Source: Amphiscolops sp. MND2022
Lineage: Eukaryota
Assembly: GCA_964187785.1 (NCBI GenBank)
Contig: OZ076410.1
Span: 33,294,001 to 33,358,000, forward strand
DNA: 64,000 nucleotides
Reading direction: 5' to 3'
This document shows positions 60,776 to 64,000 of the stretch, piece by piece. Below the pieces are notes generated by a model. The model worked only from the letters and a program-made list of their open reading frames with translations, made no database searches and was not told where the DNA came from. The translations under genes and the position numbers were made by a program. Position 1 is the first letter of the stretch. Every line of letters begins with the position of its first letter.

Positions 60776-63700
60776 TCATTGGCAAGGGTTGTCGACTACA
60801 GTTGTTTGGTCTTCCAATGCTTCACTCAACGTTTCTGCCAGCATGTCTGAGAGCGGCAACTCTTGTTGGTCCAAGCTAGGAAGTTCGTTAAGTTCCAGCT
60901 CAATGTTAGCTGCTTCGGCTTGTGATAGAGATATGTCGTCTGGATTGTCTAGTGGCATTGTTGTGTCATTGGAAGGAGCAATGGGAATTTCTGCTGGTCT
61001 CTGATTTGTTTGGTCGGGGTTGTTAATCAATACATCTGTTCTGACTGTTGCCGTGGGCTGCGAGGTGCTGACTTGACTCAAAGAAGACACTAGGGAAGTA
61101 GAAGTGCCTTTGACAGAAACCTCCACGTGCCCCGCTGCCTGTCGTTCTGCGGTAGAGCCCGCTGGGCGTGGCTCTGGCAGCTGGTCTGCAAGGTGCTGGT
61201 GTCCGTATTTCATGAGTATCTCTTAAAACGTTCGGACTGCGGTTAGGTAACTCTCGTAGACATAGTTGCCTTCTTCTCTCTGCCTGGCTATCAGACTTAG
61301 GAAGATTTCCATCGCCATCTTCGGAATATTTGGCATTGCTTCGCTGATTGGCAAAATTTTTCTGTTAGGCTCTTTGGCGAGTTTGGGTACAGTGGCGTTC
61401 AGTATCTGGCAGCATTGATAAACTGTTCGGTCTACCATCAGAGGGTCTGCCCAACAAGTGGTGTTAGACAAGATTGTGGCCGTGTTAGCTTGTGTTAACA
61501 GAACCCGGTTCTGTTCGCGGGTTATACATTCTGAAAGTGTCTCTGATGGTTCTGTGCTGCAAGCTTTCCAATGTTGAAATTTTTCATCTTCCTCCCAGAC
61601 GCTGCCTGGCATTTGTCAGCGTCCTCAAAATTGCGAGTTCATACCAACTGGCGAAGTTTTGTAAAGCACCAGTGTTGCTGTTTATGGCTGCATGTAGCCA
61701 TGCCACCGGGTGGAGCTCTAAGGACATAGGCATAGCGCACCGCACTCTAGCTCAGATTAAGGTGACGAAGTTGTGTTCGACTTGTTTTTTATCTTTGATG
61801 GTATACGCCATCGGGGGCCAGAAAATTGCAAAGTTGCGTACTATTGTCTGAAAGTCAGGTGGCCTTGTGTCATCTTCGGGATCTACGAAATGTCAAACTC
61901 AGAGTGTGGGGGTATTGGCAGCTACTCTGAGTGGTTGCGTGGGATATCGTAGTGCCATCACGGAGCCAATTATGGGCCATGTGATCGGAGCAATTACTGG
62001 AATCATCTCTTCTGTTTCCACCAGAACTAAATTTGCTATTTCTAAAGGAAAGAGAAAACCTGGCCGGTTTTTTTCATTGTCTTGCTGAGTCGGTGGATTG
62101 TCCAGGGTGCGCATGACAACCGACAGGTTCATCCAGGCTGAATAGATCCAGGCTAAGATTGTTTCAACATTTTCAACCAATTGTGCGCGCAATTTCAATG
62201 CTCCTGCAGGGTCCATTGTATTAAGAATTGCGGATATCCACTCTTTTTGGTTCCTTGCATACACTAGAAAGCTAAATAAGCTTGAGTTGGCTTTGCTCAA
62301 TGTCAATTTCTGCACCAGTTGCACAGGACTTTTGTAGAAAGAATCCAGGCCAACTGCCATCAGGTAGGCCAGATTTTCGCTGATCGTGGCTCTTTGCATC
62401 GCTTCTATGTATAGTTTCACTTGCTTTCAAGCCGCTTTCACTTTGCACAACCGTTGGCACCCAAAATGGAGAGACGTTATATAGAAGGATGGGAAAGGGT
62501 ATATGTGGTGTCGTTCTTCCACTTGCATCAGATTTTGTTGCAGTGTTTTGTGCCAGGACTGGTACGAGTGTTTGGGGTCGACTCGATTCTCACGTCCTAT
62601 TTTGCGGGCCAATATTGCTAGTAGCACCAAAGTAGGGGAGACTATGGTAGGTTGCGAGTACACGGCCTGCGTGGCCACTGGGAAGACGGTGGCATCAGTT
62701 CGAGTCTGTTTGATTTCCTCAGTTTTCATGAAGAGAGCTAGCAGCTCTTTGTGAACTTTTGCATCATGTGTCTTTTCATCCAGGGTTGGTTCGTCTCCCT
62801 TCGCGAACCACAAGTTGTCAATAATGCTCATTTTTTCATTTTCATTTGGTTCCTTGACTTGGCGTACCCTGTTTTCATCGAAGGTTTGGTGTGCCATCTG
62901 CATGGCCAAACCCAGGCAGTTGCCTCATCAGCTATCAACTGAGAATTGCCCTCGTATCCGGTGTAAGCCTGTAAGGCTTTCGAGAGTTCAGCCAGTAATG
63001 CGGGATATGAATTTTCGCACGGGCGCCAAGTCATGGCACTAATCCTCAGGTTTGGGGCAACAATGTAGAAATACATGTTCTGTGCATGAGTTGCTTCCGA
63101 TAGTAAATATAGCAATTGTTGCAACGGTTTGGAAAGATATACGTATCCCGGACATGATACGAAAATCACGCCTGCCGTTGGCTTTTTCCTTTGTGTTCGT
63201 TTAGTCACGCTCTTCATTACTTTGATGTATGACACTACTTCACTGGTCATTATTTCCTCTGTCAACCTTCGATTTTCTCCATCGAAGTACTTCAGGGTTC
63301 CTCGAAGTGCTAAGTGGTCTATCACGTTGCTATATATTAACAATGGTGGGAATGGGATTGTCTCAGTGGGGTTGGGAGCCGGGCCGAGACCTTGCAGGTC
63401 ACTTCTGTCATATCCTCTAACGACGAGCAAGGTAGGTTCATAACTCTAACATCCATCACTGTGTTATTCATGTTTGACGTTGCTTTCATCGTAGAGTCCA
63501 CGAACAAGGCAATCCTTGTTTTTTGCAACATCTCTTTACCCATGGGGAGCAGTGTAGCTAAGTCCCTTATGAAAACTCGTCTCCGCAACAATTGTTCATC
63601 GTATCTGGCTGGTCGTTGTGTTCCCAACTTTAATTCACGAATGGCGAATTGTCCTTGTGTAGCTCTTCTTTCACTCTCTCGAACCATGGGGGGATTGCGA

Positions 63701-63939
63701 TCCATTATTAATGTTGGTTTCTTCACGGGCCTGAAGTAATGCTTTCTAATCGAGGCCTTTTCTAATTCTTTTGTATTCTCTGGTTCTCCTTTGCTCGTGG
63801 CAGTTTCAAACTTTTGGATATTCAAACCCGAATTTGAATTTCCCGATTGGACTTCCCGCTGCAGACGCACTGCGTCTCTGGCAGTAAGATCGTACTGTCT
63901 TGTCTCCGTCTGTGACAGGAGCGCCTCGGAAAGCCTCAC
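60776..63939 (-). pseudogene. Long decayed ORF (>1000 codons when joined) with an SGNH/GDSL-fold-like segment; probably belongs to a mobile element extending past the window
   Basis: Six ORF pieces joined by in-frame stops (62427, 61223) and frameshifts (~63400, ~62920, ~61600-61900); IALFVDSTMK / NLPCSSLEDM / LLIYSNVIDHL blocks. Confidence 0.5.
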
Positions 63940-64000
63940 TCTTTTAGCCTCCGGCTGTTGTACGGGGGAGGGGTTCGGGCTTGTGTTAGCAACGTCTGAA

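Noticed and set aside
1-64000. DIRS/tyrosine-recombinase elements, rRNA or intact tRNA genes
   Set aside because: All pol genes have DDE integrases; no YR motifs, rRNA-like sequence or complete cloverleaf were seen

Overview
This is an AT-rich animal (probably invertebrate) window made almost entirely of transposon DNA; I recognise no host gene. It holds six Ty3/Gypsy-type units. A is the 3' half of an element (1-9748, +) with a 2.8-kb LTR. B is a decayed short-LTR Mag-like element (12963-18895, +). C is a complete 14.9-kb element (19965-34896, -). D is a 2.4-kb solo LTR with TSD (39315-41704). E is a complete env-bearing element (43951-56425, -, 4-bp TSD). F is the 3' part of another probable element (59549-64000, -). 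A few MITE, SINE and hairpin repeats lie between them. Two things stand out. (1) Elements A and C each carry, 3' of pol and antisense to it, a long intron-containing gene. It looks like a catalytically dead hAT-transposase derivative, and three intron positions and phases are shared between the two divergent copies. (2) Element E is retrovirus-like: gag, a -1 frameshift, pol with a TARG1/OARD1-type macrodomain between RNase H and integrase, a class-I-fusion-like env, an array of six co-varying mini-palindromes, and a J-domain (HPD) accessory ORF next to the 3' LTR. In A, C and D the ORF1 start codon lies inside the LTR. All homology calls are by-eye motif recognition, not database searches, and most ORFs carry stops or frameshifts.
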